From positions 1 through 47,889 of the forward strand of contig JBILGT010000006.1 in assembly GCA_044350895.1 (NCBI GenBank): a DNA stretch of 47,889 nucleotides. Reading direction: 5' to 3'. How positions within the stretch are numbered: position 1 is the first letter of the stretch; every line of letters begins with the position of its first letter. Made by a program: the position numbers and the translations under genes. This stretch comes from Limisphaerales bacterium. Its GTDB lineage: Bacteria > Patescibacteriota > Microgenomatia > UBA1400 > PJMF01. Shown here piece after piece: positions 24,396 to 35,093 of the stretch. The notes under the pieces were generated by a model, which searched no databases, was not told the origin of the DNA, and saw only the letters and a list, made by a program, of their open reading frames with translations.

Positions 24396-25346
24396 ATGAA
24401 AAAGAAACAGCACGCACCAGTATCTCGGGCAGAACTCGTTACATTGTATCGAAATGCAGTGGTGCATGGTGTCCCACTTGAAGAAGTTGAAGAAAAAATC
24501 TCCGAACAGTTTCAAAGAATTAGAGTCAGTGAACGTGTTACAGAAGAAGAAGATGCAGCTCGAGTAAAGAGCTGGCAGTTGCCGATTGCGATTCGGATGG
24601 GGGCATTACTCCTTCCGGTGGCATTCATAGTCTTTGGTATGTACCTGGTAGGAAGTGCCGTTATGCCAATTTTTGGACATTACCTCTGGGGTTTATCGGA
24701 AGTCCAGATCGGTCAACTAGTTTCTCCCATCCCAACTGAGCAGGTGATGGAAGTAACGCCGCTTGTTGTAACGCAAGTGCAAGCTCGAGAAGATGATGGC
24801 TATGGAAGCACTCCCAAAATAATCGATGTTGAATTAGATTACACCAATCTTTCTAACTGGTTTGACTCACAAATGGCCGAACAACTCTCATTTGCTGGAG
24901 AGAAATCTGATGCTTCGCAAGAATTTACAATCGATATTCCAAAACTCAATCTCAAAAATGCCGTTGTTAAAATTGGAGGAACAGATCTCAATAAAAGTCT
25001 GATTGCCTATCCAGGCACTGCCAAGCCTGGTGAGTTTGGTGCACCCGTTGTGTTTGGTCACTCAGTATTGCGACAGTTCTATAACCCAAGTGAAAAAAAT
25101 CCACGCAGATATACTTCAATTTTTAGTACCATCATGACACTGCAAAAAGGCGATGAAATTTTTATTACGTATGATGGCGTAAAATATACCTACATTGTCC
25201 AAGAGAAAAGTGAAGTCAAACCTTCAGATGTATACATTTTGGCACAACAGTATGATACGCAGCGGCTGAAGCTGGTTACCTGTACCCCTGAAGGCACCTA
25301 CCTGCGCCGTGGTGTAATCACCGCTCAACTAATCTCGACACAGTAA
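24396..25346 (+). CDS. Sortase
   Basis: IDIPKL, YPGTAKPGE.G..VVFGHS and LKLVTCTPEGTYLRR (His-Cys-Arg triad). Confidence 0.88.
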   Translation: MKKKQHAPVSRAELVTLYRNAVVHGVPLEEVEEKISEQFQRIRVSERVTEEEDAARVKSWQLPIAIRMGALLLPVAFIVFGMYLVGSAVMPIFGHYLWGLSEVQIGQLVSPIPTEQVMEVTPLVVTQVQAREDDGYGSTPKIIDVELDYTNLSNWFDSQMAEQLSFAGEKSDASQEFTIDIPKLNLKNAVVKIGGTDLNKSLIAYPGTAKPGEFGAPVVFGHSVLRQFYNPSEKNPRRYTSIFSTIMTLQKGDEIFITYDGVKYTYIVQEKSEVKPSDVYILAQQYDTQRLKLVTCTPEGTYLRRGVITAQLISTQ

Positions 25347-25360
25347 GTACAATACCGTAC

Positions 25361-25759
25361 ATGAACACAACAGCATTTCCTAAAATACTAGCGCTTGATT
25401 TTGGCACTGAACGAATCGGTGTAGCACTTTCATATGGGACTTTGGCGGAACCATTGAAGATCATCCCCAATGATCCAACTACGATGCAACAGATTCAAGA
25501 ACTCATCACTGAGCATGGCGTTACGCAACTGGTGGTGGGTATTTCAGAGAGTAAAACTGCACAACGTACGATTGCCTTTGTAGCAGAGCTTAAAAAACAA
25601 TTCTCACTTGATATTCAATTGATAGATGAGACGTTAAGCACCCAAGTAGTTCGCAAAAAACTTCGTGAAACAGGTAAAACTGCCTATGAAGTCAGTAAAG
25701 CCAAAGTTGACCACTTAGCTGCGGCAGAGTTATTACAAGATTGGATTGACTCAAATTAA
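25361..25759 (+). CDS. ruvX: YqgF/RuvX nuclease
   Basis: ILALDFGTERIGVA, DETLST and VDHLAAAELLQ. Confidence 0.9.
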   Translation: MNTTAFPKILALDFGTERIGVALSYGTLAEPLKIIPNDPTTMQQIQELITEHGVTQLVVGISESKTAQRTIAFVAELKKQFSLDIQLIDETLSTQVVRKKLRETGKTAYEVSKAKVDHLAAAELLQDWIDSN

Positions 25760-25782
25760 ACAAGTATTACAGGAGTGTGTGT

Positions 25783-26199
25783 ATGCAAACCCGACAAGCT
25801 CAACTGACAGATTTTGACGAGTTATATGCCATGTGGCAACAAGTCTGTGATCAACTGTATCCAGTTGCTGAGGAAAAGGCTCGTTTTGTGGCAATGATGC
25901 AACTTAATCCTGATCTATGTCTAGTTGTCACTGATGAGGTAGGTGCCATTATTGGAAGTATTTTAGGGGCGTTTGATGGCAGGAATGGCTCAATTCATAG
26001 ATTGATTATTGCATCGCAGCATCAGCAAAAAGGTTTGGGCAAAATGCTTATCAGTGAGCTTGAAAAACTACTCAAAGCCAGAGGAATTAAGAAGTTTACC
26101 GCTCAAATTCATGCGCAGAATACCATAGTTGCCCCATTCTATGAAAAACTGGGATTTTCAGAAATGAACTACGTGAAGACCTTTTATAAAGATCTGTAA
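25783..26199 (+). CDS. GNAT N-acetyltransferase
   Basis: FDGRNGSIHRL...HQQKGLGKML...FYEKLGF; SD AGGAG. Confidence 0.85.
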   Translation: MQTRQAQLTDFDELYAMWQQVCDQLYPVAEEKARFVAMMQLNPDLCLVVTDEVGAIIGSILGAFDGRNGSIHRLIIASQHQQKGLGKMLISELEKLLKARGIKKFTAQIHAQNTIVAPFYEKLGFSEMNYVKTFYKDL

Positions 26200-26228
26200 T
26201 CGAATTTGGTATACTTGAACCGCACTCT

Positions 26229-27212
26229 ATGTCAAAAAAAACTATTAAAATTATTGGTATCGGTCTGGGGCTTGGGTTACTCTTTATTATTGGAGTTGCC
26301 ACCTGGGTTTGGTTCCAATTTCAGTCGGTGAACACTTCAGATACCACAAAAAAGCGATTTGTCATCAATAAGGGGCAATCAGTGATAAAGACAGGGCAAA
26401 CACTGAAAGACGCTGGTTTAATCAAAAATGCCACCGTTTTTCGGATTTATGCCCGGTACAAGCAGCTTGATACCAAGATGCAGGCAGGTTCGTACGAAAT
26501 TTCACCCAATATGTCACTTGCTGCTATTTCAGAACGACTTACTCAAGGCAGTGAAGATATCTGGGTTACATTGCTCGAAGGGTGGCGCGTTGAAGAAGTG
26601 GCTGAATACTTAGCCACGCAAGATCTCCAAGAGTTTGATGCAAAGGCATTTATTGAACTCGCAAGTGATAGTGAGGGAATGATTTTCCCTGACACCTACC
26701 TTGTGCCCAAAGAAAGTACCTCAGAGCAGCTGTATAACCTATTTATCAATACATTTACTAAGAAAGTCGAACGTGGTCTCGAAAAAGAAATCACTGCAGA
26801 TGGTCGCGACCTCAAGAAAATCATTATTTTTGCTTCATTAGTCGAGCGAGAAGCGCGCTCATATGATGATAAGCGCAGAGTTGCAGGAATCCTACAAAAT
26901 CGTATTGATGCGGGGATGCCGTTGCAAGTTGATGCAACACTGCAATATATGCGTGGCTACGACAAGCAGGGCAAAGGCTGGTGGACACCACCCACCATAA
27001 ACCTCAAGGACAGCACTTCACCGTACAACACCTATAAATTTGCTGGACTTCCGCCTGGACCGATCTCAAATCCAGGCCTGCAAGCTATCAAAGCAGTACT
27101 TGACCCTCTAGAGAGTGATGATTTATTCTATATACATTCACCTTCTGGTGAGATGTTTTATTCAAGAACACTAGAAGAACACAACGCATACGTCAATAGA
27201 TACTTGCGATAG
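26229..27212 (+). CDS. mltG: Endolytic transglycosylase MltG
   Basis: EGMIFPDTY, ASLVEREA, LQVDAT, SPYNTY..GLPPGPISNPG. Confidence 0.95.
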   Translation: MSKKTIKIIGIGLGLGLLFIIGVATWVWFQFQSVNTSDTTKKRFVINKGQSVIKTGQTLKDAGLIKNATVFRIYARYKQLDTKMQAGSYEISPNMSLAAISERLTQGSEDIWVTLLEGWRVEEVAEYLATQDLQEFDAKAFIELASDSEGMIFPDTYLVPKESTSEQLYNLFINTFTKKVERGLEKEITADGRDLKKIIIFASLVEREARSYDDKRRVAGILQNRIDAGMPLQVDATLQYMRGYDKQGKGWWTPPTINLKDSTSPYNTYKFAGLPPGPISNPGLQAIKAVLDPLESDDLFYIHSPSGEMFYSRTLEEHNAYVNRYLR

Positions 27213-27445
27213 CTTTTTAGTTGTGTTAGAATTCATTGCTTATACAGCAAGACAAAAAAATATTGAGGCGAAGCGGAGTTCTCTTGATCACCAGATCACT
27301 TTATCTTTTGAACTACAGAGAATAAATATAACACAGAGCTATGGTTGTAGCCTGTGTTTTCTGCGTGGCCACAATAGTCTTGCAGTACTAGAGAGTAACA
27401 AATCGAAGTAGATTGCTTGCCATAGCACGTAAAAAGGAGTCCTTC

Positions 27446-30400
27446 ATGTCACAAAGCACACGCCAAAACTGGGGTAAAACACACACTGTTCTTCCAAAAC
27501 TTGACCTTGTTGGATTGCAGCTCGAAAGTTATCAAGCATTCCTCGATCATGGGATTAAGGATACTCTTGAAGAAGTTTACCAAGATGGCATTGAAGACTA
27601 CACCGGAAAAAACTGGCGTTTAAGTTTCGGTGAATATCGCTTTGGACAATCAAAATACACAATTTCTCAAGCAAAACAAAAAGGTGTGACTTTCGATATG
27701 CCTCTCTATGTGATGGCAACTCTCACCAACAAAAAAACTGGTGATGAACAAACTCAAGAAGTGTTTTTAGGTGATATTCCACGCATGACTCCAATTGGTA
27801 CCTTTGTGATCAATGGTATTGAGCGTGCAGTCGTAACTCAGCTCGTTCGTTCTCCAGGTGTCTTTTTCTCTGGTGACCGAGATTCAGCAACAGGTCGTGA
27901 CCTTTATCAAGCTGAACTTCGTCCAAAACGCGGTTCTTGGTTGGAAATTGCTGTTGGTAAGAAAAATGTCTTGACTGTTAAGATTGACCGCCGCCGCAAA
28001 ATGCCAGTTACTGTATTACTCCGCGCAATGGGATTCAGTACTGATGAAGATTTACTTGCACTTTTCAAAGATGTCAGCGATGGTGACGCTTTTGAACTTT
28101 TCAAGAACACACTTGAAAAAGATACAACAAAATCAAAAGAAGAAGCTTTAATTGAAATCTATGAAAAGATGCGCCCTGGTGAGCCAGCTACATTAGATGG
28201 TGCTCAAGACTATATTAAGCAAATGTTCTTTGATGCACGACGCTATGACTTAGGTACAGTCGGTCGCTACAAATTGAACCGCCGCTTAAAAATTACCGTT
28301 AATCAAGAAACAGTTACTTTAACTCCTGACGACGTTGTCGCAGCAGTTAAATACCTTATCAACTTACAAAATGGTAAAGGTAAGACTGACGATATTGACC
28401 ACTTAAGTAACCGTCGCGTTCGCCAAATTGGTGAACTCGTTCAAGAATCAGCATTCCGTATTGGTTTAATTCGCTTAGAGCGATCAATCCGTGAAAAAAT
28501 GTCTCTCACAAAAACAGATGAAGCATTAAGTCCAGGTGCGCTTGTAAATGCTCGCCCATTAATTGCTACAATCTCAGAGTTCTTCCGCCGCAATCGTTTG
28601 TCAACAATTCTTGATCAAACCAACCCACTTTCTGAAATCGACAACTTACGTCGTTTGTCAGTGATGGGATCTGGTGGTGTGACTCGTGAGCGCGCTTCAT
28701 TCTCTATGCGTGACATTAACGCTTCACAATACTCTCGTATTGACCCAGTTCGTTCTCCAGAAGGTCCAAACATCGGTTTGGTAACATATCTTTCTCTCTA
28801 CACTCGGGTAAATGACTTCGGTTTCTTAGAAGCTCCATACAACCCAGTTTTGAGTCAAGATGGCAAGATGAAAATCTCTGATGAGATCATCTATTTGGCA
28901 GCTGACGATGAGGAAGATTACAGAATTACTCACAGAAGTATCGCAATTGATAAAGATAAGTTTATTGATCAGGAATGGGTTCCTATTCGTGTCATGAATA
29001 AATTTATTGAAGGTCCTGTAACTGATGTTCAGTACATTGACGTGGTTCCACGCCAAGTGATCGGTACTTCAGCTTCATTAATTCCATTTATTGCTCATGA
29101 CGAAGCAAACCGTGCTTTGATGGGTACTCACATGCAATGTCAAGCTGTTCCATTAATCCGCCCACAATCACCAGTTGTCGGTACCGGTATGGAAGGCCCA
29201 GTTGCCAGTGCTATGAATCGCACAGTACTTGCTCAAAATGACGGTGTCATTGAGTATGTAGATGCAAAGCGAGTTGTTATCAAACTCGACAAAGCTGTCG
29301 CTGAAAAACTTAAGAAATCAAACTATATTAGTGACGTTTCTTACTTAGATGGTCAAAACGAAGTCTATCCAATTAGTAAGTTCATCCGTACTTCACAAAG
29401 TACCTGTTACTCACAACGTCCAATTGTCAAAATTGGCGAAAAAGTGGAAGCAGGCAGTGTTTTAATTGATGGACCTTCAGCAGATGAAGGTGAATTAGCA
29501 CTTGGTGCAAACTTAGTCATCGCGTACACCTCATTTGACGGTTTAGGCTATGAAGACGCTATCGTTATCTCAGATCGCTTAGTCAAAGATGACACACTCA
29601 CTTCTATTCAAATCAATGAATACAAGGCAAAAGTGATGGATACAAAGCTTGGCGCTGAAGAGTTAACCAACGATATTCCAAATGTTTCTGAAACATACTT
29701 AAGTAACCTCACTCCAGACGGTATCATCCGCATTGGAAGTGTCGTTTCTTCAGGTGATATCTTGGTCGGAAAAATTGCTCCAAAGGGTGAAACAGAACTT
29801 TCACCAGAAGAGCGCTTGCTCCGTGCTATCTTTGGTGAGAAGTCACGCGAAGTTCGTGATACATCACTGCGAATGCCACATGGTGAAGCTGGAACTGTCA
29901 TTGATGTTCAAATTCTTGATAGCGACTTGGGCGATGAACTTGACCCAGGTACTCTTAAAGAAGTGATTGTCAAAGTTGCACAAACACGCAAAATCACTGT
30001 CGGTGACAAGTTGGCAGGACGCCATGGTAACAAAGGTGTTATTTCAAAGATCGTTCCTTCAGCTGACATGCCACATTTAGAAGATGGTACTCCAGTTGAC
30101 ATCATTATTTCACCACTTTCCGTCCTTGCTCGTATGAACATGGGACAGTTGTTTGAAGCACACGCCGGTTGGGCAGCTCAGAAATTGGGTTACAAGATCG
30201 CTGTGCCAGCATTCGAACACTTTGAAGAAAGTAAGATTTGGTCAGAACTTGAGCGCGCAGGTTTACCAGCATCTGGTAAAGTGCAACTCTTTGATGGCCG
30301 AACCGGTGAAAAATACGGTGAAGCAACAACTGTTGGTGTAGGATATATCTTGAAGCTGACACACATGGTGGAAGACAAGATGCATGCTCGCTCTACAGGT

Positions 30401-30910
30401 CCATACTCACTCGTCACACAACAACCACTCGGAGGTAAAGCTCAAATGGGTGGACAGCGTTTGGGAGAAATGGAAGTCTGGGCACTTGAAGCACATCGCG
30501 CAGCTCATACACTCCAAGAAATGCTTACTATCAAGTCAGACGACGTGATGGGACGTGCAAAAGCATTTGAAGCAATCGTTAAGGGAACAGATATTCCAGC
30601 ACCAACAGTGCCTGAATCTTTCAAAGTCTTAATGCGAGAGCTTAACTCACTGGCAATCGACGTAGTTCCATATGAACTAGAAGAGGTTGAAGAAGTGGAT
30701 GCTACACCACCTCCAGGCATAGCTGATGATGTGATCACTGATGATCAAGCAGCTGTAGTAGCAGACGACACACAAGTTGCTGGCGATGACGACGATGTCG
30801 CTGTAGATGACACAGATGATGTAGACGAAGATTTCGATGAAGCTGAGGCAGAAGCAGCAGCTGCGGCAGAAGCCGAAAGTAATGAAGACGACGAAAGTAG
30901 CGCTAAATAA
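27446..30910 (+). CDS. rpoB: RNA polymerase beta subunit
   Basis: GDKLAGRHGNKG, HMVEDKMHARS and GGQRLGEME; ATG 27446 follows AAGGAG. Confidence 0.98.
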   Translation: MSQSTRQNWGKTHTVLPKLDLVGLQLESYQAFLDHGIKDTLEEVYQDGIEDYTGKNWRLSFGEYRFGQSKYTISQAKQKGVTFDMPLYVMATLTNKKTGDEQTQEVFLGDIPRMTPIGTFVINGIERAVVTQLVRSPGVFFSGDRDSATGRDLYQAELRPKRGSWLEIAVGKKNVLTVKIDRRRKMPVTVLLRAMGFSTDEDLLALFKDVSDGDAFELFKNTLEKDTTKSKEEALIEIYEKMRPGEPATLDGAQDYIKQMFFDARRYDLGTVGRYKLNRRLKITVNQETVTLTPDDVVAAVKYLINLQNGKGKTDDIDHLSNRRVRQIGELVQESAFRIGLIRLERSIREKMSLTKTDEALSPGALVNARPLIATISEFFRRNRLSTILDQTNPLSEIDNLRRLSVMGSGGVTRERASFSMRDINASQYSRIDPVRSPEGPNIGLVTYLSLYTRVNDFGFLEAPYNPVLSQDGKMKISDEIIYLAADDEEDYRITHRSIAIDKDKFIDQEWVPIRVMNKFIEGPVTDVQYIDVVPRQVIGTSASLIPFIAHDEANRALMGTHMQCQAVPLIRPQSPVVGTGMEGPVASAMNRTVLAQNDGVIEYVDAKRVVIKLDKAVAEKLKKSNYISDVSYLDGQNEVYPISKFIRTSQSTCYSQRPIVKIGEKVEAGSVLIDGPSADEGELALGANLVIAYTSFDGLGYEDAIVISDRLVKDDTLTSIQINEYKAKVMDTKLGAEELTNDIPNVSETYLSNLTPDGIIRIGSVVSSGDILVGKIAPKGETELSPEERLLRAIFGEKSREVRDTSLRMPHGEAGTVIDVQILDSDLGDELDPGTLKEVIVKVAQTRKITVGDKLAGRHGNKGVISKIVPSADMPHLEDGTPVDIIISPLSVLARMNMGQLFEAHAGWAAQKLGYKIAVPAFEHFEESKIWSELERAGLPASGKVQLFDGRTGEKYGEATTVGVGYILKLTHMVEDKMHARSTGPYSLVTQQPLGGKAQMGGQRLGEMEVWALEAHRAAHTLQEMLTIKSDDVMGRAKAFEAIVKGTDIPAPTVPESFKVLMRELNSLAIDVVPYELEEVEEVDATPPPGIADDVITDDQAAVVADDTQVAGDDDDVAVDDTDDVDEDFDEAEAEAAAAAEAESNEDDESSAK

Positions 30911-30919
30911 AGGAAACCC

Positions 30920-33900
30920 ATGAAAAATATCGTAGACTTCTCAGCTCTTGGTATCAGAATCGCTTCTCCCGAAGTGATTAAATCATGGTCACATGGTGAG
31001 GTCAAAAAGCCAGAAACCATCAACTACCGTTCTCTGCGTGCAGAAAAAGACGGTTTGTTTGATGAAAAAATCTTTGGACCTACTAAAGACTATGAATGTT
31101 TCTGTGGAAAGTACAAAAGAATCAGATACAAGGGAATCATTTGTGATAAGTGTGGTGTTGAGGTAACTCAATCCAAAGTTCGTCGTGAACGCATGGGACA
31201 CATCTCACTTGCTGCTTCTGTAGCACACATTTGGTACTTTAAAGGTGCTCCTTCAAAGTTGTCACTTTTACTTGATATTTCGCCAAGAAACATCAATTCC
31301 ATCATCTACTTCTCAAAGTACCTCGTACTTGCTGTAGAGCATGATGAAAAGATTAAAAATATCGAGAAACTCGACATCAATCTCGTTGCTGCACGTGATG
31401 AACTCAAAGAAAACATGCAGAAACAGATGGAAGGTGTTAAAGAGCAGCTCGATAAAGATAAAGTTGCCCTCAAAGAAAAAGTCAGTAACAAAGAAACTTT
31501 ACAATTGAAGCTCACAGAGCTTGATCTTAAAGCCAAAAACAAACTGATTGCCCTCAAGAAACAACTTGAAACACAACTTGAGCAAACAGAAGAAATCTTC
31601 AAAGCTTTGAAGGGATTACTCAAAAAAATTAGTAAGAGAACAATCCTTACTGAAGATGAGTATCTCAAGCTTGATGAGTACGATGTTGCTTCTCACCTGC
31701 GAGTCGGCATGGGTGCTGAGAGTTTAATGGAACTCGTGAATGAGCTCGATCTCGACACCGTTGTCGCTTCATTACGCAAAGAAATGACTGAGAGCAAAGG
31801 TGCAAAACGCCTGAAAGCTACCAAACGTCTCCGTGTTGTTGAAGGTGTTCGCAAAGCACAAATCAATCCAAGCTGGATGTTCTTAACAGTGCTTCCAGTT
31901 ATCCCTCCAGATCTTCGCCCAATGGTGCAGCTTTCTGGTGGCCGATTTGCTACTTCAGACTTAAATGACTTATATCGCCGTGTGATCAACCGTAATAACC
32001 GGTTACGTCACCTGATTGAGCTCGGTGCTCCTGAAATTATCTTACGCAACGAAAAGCGTATGTTACAGGAAGCTGTCGACTCATTAATCGATGGTTCACA
32101 AGCAAGTACTGCACGTCGCCGTGTAGCTCGCCGCCCACTCAAATCTCTCTCTGAGATGTTGAAGGGTAAGCAAGGTCGTTTCCGTCAAAACCTGCTCGGT
32201 AAACGTGTCGACTATTCTGGTCGTTCAGTTATCGTCGTTGGTCCAGAACTAAAACTTAACGAGTGTGGTATTCCAAAAGACATGGCGCTTGAAATGTTCA
32301 AGCCATATGTCCTCCGTGAATTAATTGTTCAGGGAATCGCTCCAAACGTTAAAAGTGCTCGTCAACAAATTGAGCGCCGTGAACCAGTTGTCTACGGTAT
32401 TCTCGAGCAAGTTACAACCAATCATCCAGTGATTTTGAACCGTGCACCAACCCTTCATAAGCTTGGTATGCAGTCCTTCTTCCCAATTTTGATTGAAGGA
32501 AATGCTATCCGCTTACACCCTTGTGTTTGTGCTGGTTACAACGCTGACTTTGACGGTGACCAGATGGCTGTGCACGTACCTTTGACCAAAGAAGCACAAG
32601 AAGAGGCTCGTACATTAATGATGTCAAGTCATAACTTACTCAAGCCAGCTAACGGTGAACCTATCACTGTTCCAAATAAAGAGATGGCAATGGGTATTTA
32701 TTACTTAACCTCAATTGATGAGACATTACCTGAAATGACAAGTGTGTTCTCTGATATCTCAGAGGCATACCACGCCTACCAAATTGGTAGAATTTCACAC
32801 CGCCAAGCAATTACGCTTCGCTTCAATGGTGAGAGATTAAAAACTACTATTGGTCGTCTTGAGTTTAACGCTGTCTTACAAGGTAAGAAGTTCATTAACG
32901 AACCAGTCAACGCCAAGAAAATCAAAGAGATCGTCACATTAGCAATCGAAAACTCTACACAAGAAGAGGTCGCTCGCTTAATTGACGCTATCAAAAACTT
33001 AGGTTTCTCAGGTGCTACAGAATCTGGTCTTTCAGTATCAGTTACTGACTGTGCCATGATTCCTGAAAAAGCTGGCTTAGTTGATACAGCAAACAAAAAA
33101 GCCGAAGCAATTCAAGATCAATATCAACGTGGATTTATCTCTGAAGAAGAGCGCAAACGTATGACATTCGATCTCTGGATGAAGACCACTGACGAAGTCG
33201 CAGAAGCAACATGGGATTCTTACCCATCTAACAATGCGGTGAAGGTTCTGATCAGTTCTGGAGGTACTCGTGCTTCTAAAGATCAGGTCAAACAGTTGGC
33301 TGCTATGCGTGGACTCGTTGTTGACCCACTCGGTAACATCGTCGAAATGCCTACCAAGTCAAACTTCCGTGAAGGTCTTACAATTTTCGAATATGTGACT
33401 TCAGCTCGTGGATCACGTAAAGGTTTGACTGACTCAGCTATTAAAACAGCTGACGCAGGATACCTGACACGTCGTCTCTGTGACGTTGCTCATGACTTGA
33501 TCATCAGAATGATGGACTGTGGTAGTGAAGGTGGCATCGATATCGTCAAAGGACATCGCGGCGACGTATTCGCTATCCGTATTACAGGTCGCTATTCAGC
33601 TCAAGATGTGGTCATCGGTGGCAAAACATACATCGAAAAAGGTGGCTTAATCACTCCAGAAATTGCACAAGAAATTGCTGCAGCTGGTGCTGAAACAGTC
33701 CATGTCTGTTCACCACTTACCTGTGAGTCTCCAAAGGGCTTATGTGCCAAGTGTTATGGCTGGGACTTTGCTACTCGCGCTCCAATTGAAATTGGTGTGC
33801 CAGTCGGTATCGTTGCTGCTCAATCAATTGGTGAACCAGGTACACAGCTCACTATGCGTGTGAAGCACTCTGGAGGTATCGTCGGTCTCGACGTGACTCA

Positions 33901-34600
33901 AGGTTTGCCACGTGTTGAGGAACTGTTTGAAGCTCGTAATCCAAAAAATCCAGCAGTCATTGCTGAGATCGGTGGAAAAGTTACACTGCAAGAAGATGGT
34001 ATCGAAATGAATATCATCATCAAAAATGCATCACAACCAGGTGAAGATGTGAAATACACTGTTCACGCTCAAACACCATTAACAGTTGCTGATGGTGACT
34101 TAATCCACGCTGGTCAACAATTAACTGTTGGTTCAGTAAACGTTCGTGAGCTTCTCCAGATCAAAGGCTTGCTCTATGTGCAACAATATGTTGTAGATCA
34201 GATTCAACAAGTTTATGAGTCTCAAGGTATCCAAATCCACGACAAACACTTTGAAGTGATTGTTCGTAAGATGAGTGATAAATTGCAGATCGAAGGAGTA
34301 GGCGACACTGACTTCTTAACCGGTGAAGTAACTGAACGTGGTAAGTTCATGGAACAGAATGATGAAACAATTGCTGCTGGTGGTGAACCTGCTACAGCTA
34401 AAGTTCTCTTCTTGGGAATTACTCGCTCATCACTCTTTACCAGTTCATGGTTATCAGCTGCTTCATTCCAGCACACGAAGAACATCTTAACTGATGCTGC
34501 TTCATCTGGTGCAGTCGATAAGCTTGAAGGTTTGAAGGAAAACGTTATCATTGGACGGTTGATCCCAACTACCAAGGAGCGCGCAGAAATCATAGCCTAA
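30920..34600 (+). CDS. rpoC: RNA polymerase beta' subunit
   Basis: N-terminal Zn finger, NADFDGD and GLKENVIIG. Confidence 0.98.
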   Translation: MKNIVDFSALGIRIASPEVIKSWSHGEVKKPETINYRSLRAEKDGLFDEKIFGPTKDYECFCGKYKRIRYKGIICDKCGVEVTQSKVRRERMGHISLAASVAHIWYFKGAPSKLSLLLDISPRNINSIIYFSKYLVLAVEHDEKIKNIEKLDINLVAARDELKENMQKQMEGVKEQLDKDKVALKEKVSNKETLQLKLTELDLKAKNKLIALKKQLETQLEQTEEIFKALKGLLKKISKRTILTEDEYLKLDEYDVASHLRVGMGAESLMELVNELDLDTVVASLRKEMTESKGAKRLKATKRLRVVEGVRKAQINPSWMFLTVLPVIPPDLRPMVQLSGGRFATSDLNDLYRRVINRNNRLRHLIELGAPEIILRNEKRMLQEAVDSLIDGSQASTARRRVARRPLKSLSEMLKGKQGRFRQNLLGKRVDYSGRSVIVVGPELKLNECGIPKDMALEMFKPYVLRELIVQGIAPNVKSARQQIERREPVVYGILEQVTTNHPVILNRAPTLHKLGMQSFFPILIEGNAIRLHPCVCAGYNADFDGDQMAVHVPLTKEAQEEARTLMMSSHNLLKPANGEPITVPNKEMAMGIYYLTSIDETLPEMTSVFSDISEAYHAYQIGRISHRQAITLRFNGERLKTTIGRLEFNAVLQGKKFINEPVNAKKIKEIVTLAIENSTQEEVARLIDAIKNLGFSGATESGLSVSVTDCAMIPEKAGLVDTANKKAEAIQDQYQRGFISEEERKRMTFDLWMKTTDEVAEATWDSYPSNNAVKVLISSGGTRASKDQVKQLAAMRGLVVDPLGNIVEMPTKSNFREGLTIFEYVTSARGSRKGLTDSAIKTADAGYLTRRLCDVAHDLIIRMMDCGSEGGIDIVKGHRGDVFAIRITGRYSAQDVVIGGKTYIEKGGLITPEIAQEIAAAGAETVHVCSPLTCESPKGLCAKCYGWDFATRAPIEIGVPVGIVAAQSIGEPGTQLTMRVKHSGGIVGLDVTQGLPRVEELFEARNPKNPAVIAEIGGKVTLQEDGIEMNIIIKNASQPGEDVKYTVHAQTPLTVADGDLIHAGQQLTVGSVNVRELLQIKGLLYVQQYVVDQIQQVYESQGIQIHDKHFEVIVRKMSDKLQIEGVGDTDFLTGEVTERGKFMEQNDETIAAGGEPATAKVLFLGITRSSLFTSSWLSAASFQHTKNILTDAASSGAVDKLEGLKENVIIGRLIPTTKERAEIIA

Positions 34601-34665
34601 AAAAGGCTATGCAAAAAAGTAGGGGGTATGGTACAATCATACCCTTGTAGAAGGAGAAAATTTGA

Positions 34666-35076
34666 ATGCCAACAATTAATCAATTAATCCGTAAGGGTGG
34701 ACGCCACAGCAATGCTAAGCGTATCAAAGCTACAGCACTCCGCCGTAGTTTCAACTCCATTACGGGTCGGCCAGTAAAAACGATCAATCCACAAAAACGT
34801 GGCGTTTGTACTGTTGTTAAAACAATGACTCCTAAGAAACCTAACTCTGCGTTACGTAAAGTTGCTCGTGTCAGACTTTCCAATAAAATGGAAGTCACTG
34901 CCTACATCATGGGTGAAGGACACTCTCTTGCAGAACACAGTATCGTACTTGTCCGCGGTGGAAGAGTAAAAGACCTTCCAGGTGTGAAGTATCATATTGT
35001 TCGCGGTAAGTTTGACGCAACTGGAGTAGATGGTAGAAAGACAAGTCGTAGTAAATACGGTGTAAAAGCAAAGTAA
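34666..35076 (+). CDS. rpsL: 30S ribosomal protein S12
   Basis: [10 protein letters not shown] and [10 protein letters not shown]. Confidence 0.98.
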   Translation: MPTINQLIRKGGRHSNAKRIKATALRRSFNSITGRPVKTINPQKRGVCTVVKTMTPKKPNSALRKVARVRLSNKMEVTAYIMGEGHSLAEHSIVLVRGGRVKDLPGVKYHIVRGKFDATGVDGRKTSRSKYGVKAK

Positions 35077-35093
35077 TTTAAAGATTAAATTTT

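Noticed and set aside
27223-27445. 62-aa ORF 27223..27411 and the TTG start of rpoB at 27413
   Set aside because: No coding features; the SD AAGGAG supports ATG 27446.
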